Shown: positions 9,344-18,650 of the stretch, one piece after another
Layout: every line of letters begins with the position of its first letter
How positions within the stretch are numbered: position 1 is the first letter of the stretch
NCBI RefSeq assembly: GCF_004010195.1
Contig: NC_057750.1
Span: 1,382,022 to 1,402,021, forward strand
Origin: Chiloscyllium plagiosum
Lineage: Eukaryota
Length of the DNA stretch: 20,000 bases
Direction: 5' to 3'
Notes under the pieces: model-generated
Databases searched by the model: none
What the model saw: the letters and a program-made list of their open reading frames with translations, nothing else
Told to the model about the DNA's origin: nothing
Made by a program: the position numbers and the translations under genes

Positions 9344-10387
9344 TGAGTAGGTGATGTGTCTGATTTTTGTTTGATATATAAAACAGGCATCAATGCGACA
9401 TGGAAGGATAGAGCCTAACCATTAGACTAACCGGGCTATTTTCATCAGTTATAATTTTGAAATTGTTCCTTTTTGAGGTCAGTGATGTAGTGTATTTAGA
9501 AAATACTAACCTCAGAGTACAAATATTTTGTGCTAGATTAATCAATTAGAGCCTGGATGAGGCTTTAACAGTATGGGCCATTTGTTAGCCCTTCTGTTTT
9601 TTGTAAAAATAGCAAGCTAATGGATTGCTCCTGTATGAAGGATAGATGTACTGATGGATTGGGAAATGTGATCCTCCAGCCTGCATTTCGATTTACTTAA
9701 ACTAGGAGAATGGCTCCCTTCCCACTCCCAGCTGAGATTCTTCACTTACATTGTGATTTGCCATTTAAATTCACTCAGAATTCAGCAGCAATTTCCTCTG
9801 AAAGGCTTGAAATAAACAGTTCTTTGTGGCCAGGCTCAGCTGGAATGAAAATGAAGGAGATCTGTGTTTCTCTGTAACTCATCAAGAACAAATCAGTCGT
9901 TTTCTCATCCATCTCTTTCAGCCTCCCCTCAAGTTTGGGAGGTGACGAGAAATGATTAATCTTTTATGTCGAGGCTTCAAAAACCCCTCGATTTGAAAAC
10001 ATGGTGTTTGTACATGAGTTGATTTCCTATAATTACAGAATGAAATTGGCTCAGAAGAGGAACTCACATGGTCAGAGAGCTAAATAGTAACAGATTATGA
10101 TTTAAAAGATTCTGATCTGCTTTCACCTCCAGTAATTACTTCTTGTACAAACTTGAAACCACATTAAGTCCAAAAAGAATTCATGTTTAACAATAAGATC
10201 CAGTGTCAGACACGTTAAGGTATTTAGAGATTTAATTGCCATTTCTTCAGAAGTGCTTTGGGCAAATTTGACTGAAAATAGAATTTGCAGTCAAATGATT
10301 TTCTGGTGGTAAGGTAGGAGCTCCAGTGTGTGTTTGGACCTTCACAGAGAAAGCAGATGGTTCCTGGTACACTCAGGACAGACAATG

Positions 10388-10651
10388 ATAGAATTCTTAC
10401 AGTGCGAAAGCAGGCCATTCAACACCGACCCTCTGTAAAGCATCCCACCCAATCCCTGTAAACGGGCATTTCCCACGGCCAATCTACCTAACCTAAGCAT
10501 CTTTGGACTGTGGGAGGAAACCGGAGCATCCGGAGGAAACCCACACAGACACGGGGAAAATGTGCAAACTCCACACAGACAGTCACCTGAGGCTGGAATC
10601 GAACCTGGGTCCCTGGCGCCGTGAGGCAGCAGTGCTAACCACTGAGCCACC
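10388..10651 (-). mobile_element. HE1-like SINE (internal deletions)
   Basis: Minus strand reads GGTGGCTCAGTGGTTAGCACTGCTGCCTCACGGCGCCAGGGACCCAGGTTCGATTCC, with core and tail as in the other copies. Confidence 0.92.
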
Positions 10652-10726
10652 AACCAGGTGCCACTGCCAGTGACAGAGGCATTGTGAGGAGAGCTCTCTG
10701 TCCTTTATTAGTTTGTCTTTGTTCAG

Positions 10727-10834
10727 ATGTGGATCCATCAGTATTGGGACAGATCTCCGATAATTGTATTAAAAAGAAGAATTCATTCAGTCAGGATTCC
10801 CCAATCCCACGGAGAAGTTCTGATTATCCGAGAG
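10727..10834 (+). other. Candidate 108-nt phase-1/phase-1 exon
   Basis: Acceptor ctctctgtcctttattagtttgtctttgttcAG; open frame (D)VDPSVLGQISDNCIKKKNSFSQDSPIPRRSSDYPR. The donor GAG|GTGACA is weak; an alternative is CAG|GTTTGT after 10923. Confidence 0.22.
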
Positions 10835-11011
10835 GTGACATCCCCAATAATCCCAGTCTGTCTGAGCTAGCTACATCCAACCCCACCACCTGGAATGGAA
10901 CTGTCTGTTCTCTGCTGGGTCAGGTTTGTCTGGGGGGAGGTGACAGACGGTGACCCCACCTTCCTACCTCTGTCCTGGTATTACTCCTGCAGCAAGAATA
11001 TTATCTGAAAG

Positions 11012-11117
11012 ACAGGAAACTGGAGTGTAGGATCATCAGATCAGGCTTGATCTCAATGAATGTCAGAGGAGACTCAGTGGGCTGAATGGCCTATTCTACT
11101 CACATGTCTTACGGTCT
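11012..11117 (+). mobile_element. Decayed CR1-type 3' tail
   Basis: cagatcaggcttgatctcaatgaatg...gggctgaatggcctattctactcacatgtcttacggtct matches the reverse complement of the tails at 964 and 16150. Confidence 0.65.
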
Positions 11118-11154
11118 ATCCTGCTCATAGATGTTATGGCACGGCTCTAGAGCA

Positions 11155-11205
11155 GATGGGACCTGAACTCAGGCCTCCTGGCTCAGAGGTAAGGACACTA
11201 CTATG
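11155..11205 (-). mobile_element. Head fragment of a second tRNA-derived SINE family
   Basis: Minus strand reads TAGTAGTGTCCTTACCTCTGAGCCAGGAGGCCTGAGTTCAGGTCCCA, with the B-box-like GAGTTCAGGTCC. Confidence 0.45.
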
Positions 11206-11679
11206 ACCCATGAATGGCCGTCACATCTCATTGCCCATTGAGCCTCTTAAGAGGCTATTTAATGCCCTATGAAGAGCCTCAGCCCAACACTGTGTTTGCC
11301 AAGCGGGAACTCACTGGGCAGTGAGCACGCCAAACCCTCCCAAGACTCAACGGCTGATCAAAGGAAGGGGGAATGGGAGTGTCTGACAGGGTCCTGATCA
11401 GAGACACCCCCACCCCTTAGAGAGGAGCACTTTCCCTCTGACCTTTTTCCTGCATTCACTCACCTCTGCTCCAGGATCCAGATGGGTTATGGATGGGTGT
11501 TGTACCAGCACCAACCACATCCCATGGTGGCACTGTTGTTCAGTTTAGCAGCCGGTCCCCAGTACCTTGCTGTAGATAATCCCTCCGCCCTCAGGAAACA
11601 GGACAGAAAATGGCAACTCTCACCCTGAATGCTGAGATTGAATGCCCATAAAAAGGAATCAGACCAACAGAATCTCAAC

Positions 11680-11882
11680 TGGGAGAACGTGAGGATTGCA
11701 GATGCTGGAAAAGCACAACAGGTCAGGCAGCATCCGAGGAGCAGGAGAATCGACGTTTCGGGCCTACACGCTTCATCAAGAATGAAGCCCATCCTGATGA
11801 AGGGCTTCTACCCAAAACATTGACTCTCCTGCTCCTCGGATGCTGTCTGACCTGCTGTGCTTTTCCAGCAGCACACTCACGG
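11680..11882 (-). mobile_element. Penelope-like fold-back element, family B copy 2, with perfect 14-bp TSD
   Basis: Inverted arms span 11703-11870 (tgctggaaaagcacaacaggtcaggcagcatccgaggagcaggaga... and ...tctcctgctcctcggatgctgtctgacctgctgtgcttttccagca). The tail is on the left (ggagaacgtgaggattgcag). Flanked by aacagaatctcaac at 11666-11679 and 11883-11896. Both arms contain decayed hammerhead cores. Confidence 0.85.
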
Positions 11883-12435
11883 AACAGAATCTCAACCAAG
11901 CTTCAAAACTAAGTATCTTGAAATCAATTATTCAACATGCAATGTCACTACTACCATTAACCTCTACTCAACCTTCGTCTCTCTGCACTTCACAATCAGT
12001 TCACAGGCTGATCTGTATACCTCTCATTTTTAACGTTTTGAACTCACTCTTATATCAAATCAGCATGTGCATGTTGTGTTCTTAATCCAACTTAATTCAC
12101 TCCTTGTTAATGCAAGAACGCCTGATTAAATTGGCTCCTTTGAAAATGGGACAGAGGAATCACATAGAAAGGAATCCGACAAAAATTAATCTTGTTGTGG
12201 CTAATCGAGGGGACGGGTGAGTTAAGAGAAGCCATTTCACACCCCTCGCCTAGGATTTAGGGTGTTCCACCTGAAATTGGGAATTTCACCAGGATTACTG
12301 TCACACAAACTCCACTGACACCCACAGACACAGTCACCTGCACGCACATCTGAGAAGACACCATGTATTTGTATTGATCCATATACCATAGCTCATACAC
12401 TGATACTCACCTGTAATCATAGAGACTCACACCCT

Positions 12436-13040
12436 GTACACTCACACAGAGATATACATACATACACTCACTCAGACACACACACACATACACTCACACA
12501 TGTACACTCACACAGAGGTATACATACACTCACTCAGACACACACATACGCACACACACATACACTCACACACGTACACTCACACAGAGGTATACATACA
12601 CTCACTCAGACACACACACACGTACACTCACACATGTACACTCACACAGAGGTATACATACACTCACTCAGACACACACACACGTACACTCACACATGTA
12701 CACTCACACAGAGGTATACATACACTCACTCAGACACACACACACGTACACTCACACATGTACACTCACACAGAGGTATACATACACTCACTCAGACACA
12801 CACACACGTACACTCACACATGTACACTCACACAGAGGTATACATACACTCACTCAGACACACACACACGTACACTCACACATGTACACTCACACAGAGG
12901 TATACATACACTCACTACACACAGATATACATTCACTCAGACACATGTATACTCATACAGAGATATACATACACTCACTCAGACACACACACATATACAC
13001 GTACACTCACACAGAGATATACATACACTCACTCAGATAC
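12436..13040. repeat. 62-bp CA-rich minisatellite inside a degenerate (CA)n field that extends to about 13190
   Basis: The unit atgtacactcacacagaggtatacatacactcactcagacacacacacacgtacactcacac starts at 12634, 12696, 12758, 12820 and (partial) 12882. Flanking units are degenerate. Confidence 0.95.
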
Positions 13041-14059
13041 AATAATTCACACACACGTATGCTCACACACAGATAAACATGCACTCAGATGCACACATAC
13101 ATACACACACTCAAAAACAATAACTCACACACATACACTCACACGCACCCACAGACACACACACTCCGATGTGAACACCTCCTACACAGACCAAATAACC
13201 TGTCAGTACACACCAGGAAGGAGTGCAGGTGTTGAATGGTCACTTAGATGAGATTACAATCAGTGGCCTTAAACACATGACTCCAGTGTGAGGCAGAAAG
13301 AGATAGAGAGAGAGAAAGAGGAACAAAATAGGAAGGATGGAAGACAAGCTGGAATTAATGATGGATTTTAATAGGATGAAGGAAATTTCCACAGTTTTCA
13401 CCTTGAAAACTTCAATTAGAAGCTGCAAAGACATTGGCCACAGGGCTATTCTGATGTCAGCAGCTGGAACATGGGTGAATGTGTGAGGATGTCAGTGTAC
13501 AGCATTGTACTGCATTGAGCTATTGATGAGCTGGGAGGAGCTGCGTTCTCAGCACCTTTATACTGTAATACACTAAACCAGGAAATGGGAAATCTAATAC
13601 CGAAGCTGCAAAAATATTCTTTTCTTCATCAATATTTTAATATCCAAATCATGCAGACGGCCTTGAAACCCTCAACTCATTTATAAAAGCACGTCACTTA
13701 TAAAAATGTAATTTATATTTCATTCAAGCCTTTCCAGAATTACTAAAGGGAGTAGGAGGATATCACGAAATTGATCTGTCCCACAAGAGGGAGTGTAATT
13801 TGTACGATCTCAGCTCCCCACACAATGGATATATATTCTTCAAGCTGTGGAAAGAGCATTGGAAAGCGTTGAGAGACTGTGAGCTCATTGAGAGCTTTTC
13901 ATATACAGACAGGAGGAAGAGCAAGATTAATGCGACAAATTATCTGCTCCTGTTCATGCTTCACAAATATCCATAGATTCACTGAAATTGACAGCACAGA
14001 GGAGGCCATTCAGCCCAGCATTTCCACATCGACCTGTTAAAGGGTCGGTCAAAGGCTGT

Positions 14060-14150
14060 TAAAGGAAGAGGAGAGGTTTAAGAGGGGAATTCCAGAAGTA
14101 AAAGAATTGGCAGCTTAAGTTACAGACCCAATGGCGGAATGATTAAAATT
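14060..14150 (-). mobile_element. L2-like LINE remnant
   Basis: ggagaggtttaagaggggaattccaga...ggcagcttaag...ccaatggcggaatgattaaaat; the minus strand includes FWNSP, a decayed WNxLP motif. Family assignment is from recall only. Confidence 0.45.
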
Positions 14151-14697
14151 GCACTCGATACATTATTGTGTGGTTCTGGTCAACTTGTTATAGGAAGGGT
14201 GTTAATAAGCTGGAGAGGATTCAGAAGAGATTTACCAGGATGTTGCCAGAACTGGAGGGTTTGAGTTATAAGGAGAGGTTGGAAAGGCTGGGACTTTCTT
14301 CACTGGAGCGTAAGAGGTTGAGGGGTGACATTTTGAGGTTTATAAAATAATGAGGGGCATAGATAAGGTGAAGGGCAGGTGTCTTTTCCCAAGGGTGGGG
14401 GAGTTCAGTACTGGTGGCATATCTTTAAGGTGAGAGGAGAAAGATTTTAAAAAGACATGGAGACCAATTATTTTACACAGTGGGTGGTTCGTGTGTGGAA
14501 TGAACTTCCCAAGAAAGTGGTGGATGTGGGTACAGTTACGTTTTAAAGATATTTGGAAAAGTTCATGAATAGGAAAGGGTTGGATGGATATGGGCTAGGA
14601 GCAGGCAGACAGGATTGGTTTAGTTTGGGATTATGGTCAACATGGGCTGGTTGAACCGAAGAGTTTGTTTCCGATCTGTATGGCTCTATGATTCTAT
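14151..14697 (+). mobile_element. CR1-clade LINE 3' fragment
   Basis: Encodes FWSTCYRKGVNKLERIQKRFTRMLPELEGLSYKERLERLGL..LRGD and FTQWVVRVWNELPKKVV. The tail ends ctgtatggctctatgattctat. Confidence 0.92.
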
Positions 14698-14843
14698 AAC
14701 AAATTCCTGTTTGCTTCCACGGAACAGAATTGGGATCATCAAAAACCTGTGAATTGTTTGAGTCTGTACCACTCCAGCTGTGGGTGCTTGGATGAGTGAA
14801 ACAGAAATCTCATCTTCAGGCAATAATATTCAGTAACCTCAGC

Positions 14844-14922
14844 AACAGAAACTGAAACTGCTGGAAAAGCTCAGCAGGTCTGGCAGCATCAGTGGAGAGA
14901 AATCAGAATTGATGTTTCATGT
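14844..14922 (-). mobile_element. Single arm of a family-B-related Penelope-like element
   Basis: tgctggaaaagctcagcaggtctggcagcatc..ggagagaaatcagaattgatgtttc aligns with the left arms at 9148 and 11703. It is truncated at the GAAA motif. Confidence 0.65.
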
Positions 14923-14933
14923 CATTCAAAACC

Positions 14934-15091
14934 AACTCCCTCAGAGCCAGCTCTTAGAGTGAGCAGAACCTCTGACCCTCCTGTTTATATCTGTCGGCTG
15001 GCTCTCCCTGATTGGAGCAGGTTAACAGCCCCAATCAGGGAACTCAGATTCTATGAGGTCACCTGGGGCTGACCTTGTTACAATCACTACA
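14934..15091 (-). mobile_element. Probable truncated solo LTR
   Basis: Minus strand begins TGTAGTGATTGTAACAAGG (TG terminus). It has an inverted pair ccctgattgg/ccaatcaggg (CCAAT boxes) followed by GATATAAAC (TATA-like). The 3' end with poly(A) signal and CA is absent. Confidence 0.55.
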
Positions 15092-15156
15092 CTCACCTTC
15101 CTCTATTGAAGCTTCAATTTTTCATAGGGAGATCATTAGGACTGAGATGAGGAGAA

Positions 15157-15345
15157 ATCCCTACAGTGTGGACACAAGACTTTCACTCCAACAAGTCCAC
15201 ACTGACCATCCAAAGAGCATGCCACCCAGACCCAGCCTATCTCTATACCCCTGCATTTCCCATCCCTTGGCCACTATGTGCAGTTTAGCACGGCCAATCC
15301 ACCCTAACCCTGCACTGTGAGAGGCAACTGGAGCACCCGGAGGGA
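15157..15345 (-). mobile_element. HE1-like SINE, 3' half only
   Basis: atccctacagtgtggacac...aagtccacactgacc...tttagcacggccaatccaccctaacc...ggagcacccggagg aligns with the other copies. The tRNA head is missing. Confidence 0.85.
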
Positions 15346-15481
15346 GCTGAGTTGTTGTGATGTGAGGGGTTTCTGTAACATCCTGCATCCCCCAGAGGGG
15401 AGAGCAACTCTAGAACCAACTGGGAGCACTGCTCAGAGATTGGACAATAAGAACGATGAGTCAGATTCTGCCATCTAGCCA

Positions 15482-15500
15482 CCCCCCCCCCCCCCCCCCC
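15482..15500. repeat. C19 homopolymer (G19 on minus strand)
   Basis: 19 consecutive C. Confidence 0.95.
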
Positions 15501-16139
15501 ATTGAGCAAGATCATAGTCACACATACACTGATCATAGGGCAGTCTCTAGTCGTCTGTTCTTATGCAACAGACAGGTAGTGAGGGTCACTGGGCTATTCG
15601 GCTGTGAGATGAATCACCATTCTTCAGCCTGGGTGCCATCAGCAGAAATCCCTGGAATTCTCATTCAGCCGTGGGAGTGGGGTGGGGGAGCAGTGGGACC
15701 CAGTGCAACAGAGATCAGGAAAGATCCCATGCATTTCCCTGATGTAACTCGGCAGCCAGTTTAGCCGTGGGTCAGCTGAATGCCATTGTTTGGTGAATCG
15801 TGTAGCGGTGCTGACTCAGTCAGTTTGCTCAGACATCTGAGGGGTTTGCAATTTCTCAACCGAGCTGTGATCTGATGATTGTCTTGTCTGCAGTTTACAG
15901 ACTAATTAGGTGTTCAAGCAACTAAGAGATTGCTCGCCGTGTTCTGATACATCGAAGTCATTATCATGTTTAAATCTGCTTGCCTTTTGTCCAGTCAGCA
16001 CGAGATAACTCAGCTCAGGCTTATTAACTACAGCACAACCTGGGGCTTCTATTAATTCATCACCTTCCCCCCATGTCCCTGAACTGACATTCCCTGCTCG
16101 CACTCTGTACAGCAATAGCGACCCAAACTGAGAGGAACA

Positions 16140-16346
16140 AGAGAACAACAGACATAGGAGTAATGTTGGCCATTCAGCCCCTCCAGCCCACTGTACAATT
16201 CCATCTCAAGTCCCGTTTCCTGGCCTAGTCCTGAATCCCCCTAATTGCCCAGGAACCGATTGCTCTCTGTCTTGAAGATACCCAATAGCATAGCATCACA
16301 AGCACTCTGGAATGGAGAATCCTGAACGTTCTCTGTTTCCTCTCCA
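16140..16346 (-). mobile_element. Decayed CR1 3' fragment
   Basis: gacataggagtaatgttggccattcagcccctccagcc...ctctctgtcttgaagatac...cacaagcactctggaatggagaatcc is collinear with 964-1190. Confidence 0.6.
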
Positions 16347-16356
16347 TGTGCAGGTT

Positions 16357-16699
16357 CACAGAGTGCCCACAGTGTGGAAACAGGTCATTCGGCCCAACAA
16401 TCCATACCAACCCTCCAAAGAGTAACCCACCCTGACCCATTGCCCTGACCTATTAATCTACATTTACCCCTGACTAATGCAACTAACTTGCAATTCCCTG
16501 AACACTATGGGCAATTTCCCATGGCCAACCCACCCTAACTGGCACATCTTTCGACTGTGGGAGGGAGTCGGAGCAAACCCACGCAGACACGGGGAGAACA
16601 TGCAAACTCCACCCAGACAATCACCTGAGGCTGGAATCGAACCCAGGACTCTGGTGCTGTGAGGCAGCAGTACTAACCACTGAGCCACTGTGCCACCCC
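16357..16699 (-). mobile_element. HE1-like SINE, full length
   Basis: Minus strand reads GGGTGGCACAGTGGCTCAGTGGTTAGTACTGCTGCC...GGTTCGATTCC; core and tail are present. Confidence 0.92.
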
Positions 16700-17335
16700 T
16701 ATAGGAGTTCTTTAGGGGTTTAACTGGTCCAAGGTGAGAGAAGGGAACTATCTCACATACATACAGAGAGAAATCTTGTCGGGTGAGCAGGATGTGCCCA
16801 CACCCATTTACAGGCTTTAAGAGCTGGCTTCATTTAGAGTCTTAGAGGCACAGAGATATACAGCACAGAAACGGACCCTTCAGTCCATGCTGACCAGATA
16901 TCGTAACCTAATGTAGTCGAACTTGCCAGCACCCGCCCATATCCCTCTAAACCCTTCCTATTCATATACCCATCCAGATGCCTTTTAAATGTTGTCATTG
17001 TAACAGCCTCCACCACTTCCTCTGGCAGCTCATTCCATACACACACCACCCTCTGTGTGAAAAGGTTGCCCCTTAGGTCTTTCATATCTTTCCCCTCTCA
17101 CCCTAAGCTATGCCCTCTAGTTCTGGACACCCCCATCCCAGGGAAAAGACTTTGTCTATTTACCCTAATCCAGGCCCCTCATGATTTAAAAACCTCTATA
17201 AGGTCATCCCTCAGCCTCCGACGCTCCAAGGAACAGCCCCAGCCTGTTCAGCCTCTCCCTATAGCTCAAATCCTTCAACCCTGGCAACACCCTTGTAAAT
17301 CTTTTCTGAACCCTTTCAAGTTTCACAACATCAAG

Positions 17336-17614
17336 GATTAGATTAGATTACTTACAGTGTGGAAACAGGCCCTTCGGCCCAACAAGTCCACACCGCCCCG
17401 CCGAAGCGCAACCCACCCATACCCCTACATTTACCCCTTACCTAACACTACGGGCAATTTAGCATGGCCAATTCACCTGACCTGCACATCTTTGGACTGT
17501 GGGAGGAAACCGGAGCACCCGGAGGAAACCCACGCAGACACGGGGAGAATGTGCAAACTCCACACAGTCAATCGCCTGAGGCTGGAATTGAACCCGGGTC
17601 TCTGGCGCTGTGAG
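17336..17614 (-). mobile_element. HE1-like SINE, apparently young subfamily with (TAATC)n tail, head running into the gap
   Basis: Reads gattagattagattacttacagtgtggaaacaggcccttcggccc...gaattgaacccgggtctctggcgctgtgag, with many CpGs retained. It is nested in the CR1. Confidence 0.92.
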
Positions 17615-18064
17615 NNNNNNNNNNNNNNNNNNNNNNNNNNNNNNNNNNNNNNNNNNNNNNNNNNNNNNNNNNNNNNNNNNNNNNNNNNNNNNNNNNNNNN
17701 NNNNNNNNNNNNNNNNNNNNNNNNNNNNNNNNNNNNNNNNNNNNNNNNNNNNNNNNNNNNNNNNNNNNNNNNNNNNNNNNNNNNNNNNNNNNNNNNNNNN
17801 NNNNNNNNNNNNNNNNNNNNNNNNNNNNNNNNNNNNNNNNNNNNNNNNNNNNNNNNNNNNNNNNNNNNNNNNNNNNNNNNNNNNNNNNNNNNNNNNNNNN
17901 NNNNNNNNNNNNNNNNNNNNNNNNNNNNNNNNNNNNNNNNNNNNNNNNNNNNNNNNNNNNNNNNNNNNNNNNNNNNNNNNNNNNNNNNNNNNNNNNNNNN
18001 NNNNNNNNNNNNNNNNNNNNNNNNNNNNNNNNNNNNNNNNNNNNNNNNNNNNNNNNNNNNNNNN
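17615..18064. other. Assembly gap (450 N)
   Basis: Run of N. Confidence 1.
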
Positions 18065-18650
18065 GCCTTCTACCTTTGAGCCAGTTCTGTATCCAAATGG
18101 CTAGTTCTCCCTGTATTCCCTGAGATCTAACCTTGCTAACCAGTCTCCCATGGGGAACCTTGTCAAATGCCTTACTGAAGTCCATATAGATCATGTCCAC
18201 CACTCTACCCTTATCAATCCTCTTTGTTACTTCCTCAAAAACCTCAATTAAGTTTGTGAGACATTATTTCCCACGCAAAAAGCCATACTTACTATGCCTA
18301 ATCAGTCCTTGCCTTTACAAATACCTGTATGTCCTGACCCTCAGGATTCCCTCCAACAACTTACCCAGTAGTCAGCGTCTAGCACGGCGGTCTACAGTTC
18401 CCTGGCTTGTCCTGACCACTTTTCTGAAATAGTGGCACCACAATCTTCAGTCTTCCAGCACCTCACCTGTGACTGTCGTTGATACAAATATCTCAGCAAG
18501 AGGCCCAGCAATTACTTCCCTGGCTTCCCACAGAGTTCTAGGGTTCACCTGATCAGGTCCTGGGGATTTATCCACTTTTTTGCATTTCATGACATCCAGC
18601 ACTTCCTCCTCTGTAAAATGGACATTTTTAAAGATGTCACCATCTATTTT

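Larger units (their letters stand above)
16835..18649 (-). mobile_element. 5'-truncated CR1 LINE (RT to 3' end), interrupted by a SINE and an assembly gap
   Basis: Right part (18065-18649): EEEVLDVMKCKKVDKSPGPD..EAREVIAGPLAEIF and VDMIYMDFSKAFDKVPHGRL..WIQNWLKGRR. Left part (16835-17332): LRGNLFTQRVVCVWNELPEEVVEA..FKRHLD plus tail. Continuity across the gap is inferred from collinearity. Confidence 0.85.

Noticed and set aside
9413..9436. tRNA-like 5' end on the minus strand (GCCCGGTTAGTCTAATGGTTAGGC)
   Set aside because: Only a D-arm-like piece is present, with no anticodon stem or B box; it is chance or a tiny relic.
9440..10330. AT-rich unique stretch with TAAT motifs, a possible conserved non-coding element (also 7380-7720 and 12080-12240)
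   Set aside because: It cannot be supported without cross-species alignment.
11241..11256. Perfect 16-bp palindrome agcctcttaagaggct
   Set aside because: About 0.3 such palindromes are expected by chance in 20 kb, and there is no supporting context.
12575..12916. Regular repeat resembling a CRISPR array
   Set aside because: The units are identical tandem copies with no unique spacers, the context is eukaryotic, and there are no cas genes.
12500..13251. Long His/Thr-rich ORFs (181, 205 and 126 aa)
   Set aside because: They are artefacts of the stop-free CA minisatellite, which is open in all three frames.
15809..15822. MARE/AP-1-like motif TGCTGACTCAGTCA
   Set aside because: A single short motif cannot support an enhancer call without conservation or chromatin data.
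15906..16148. 80-aa minus-strand ORF with an acceptor-like tract; an alternative frame gives GRYCCTECEQG (TNFR-like)
   Set aside because: The pyrimidine tract largely coincides with the adjacent CR1 tail, no donor follows the motif, and the alternative frame closes quickly.
17357..18203. ORFs of 164-240 aa
   Set aside because: They are inflated by the N gap; the real parts are SINE and CR1 sequence.
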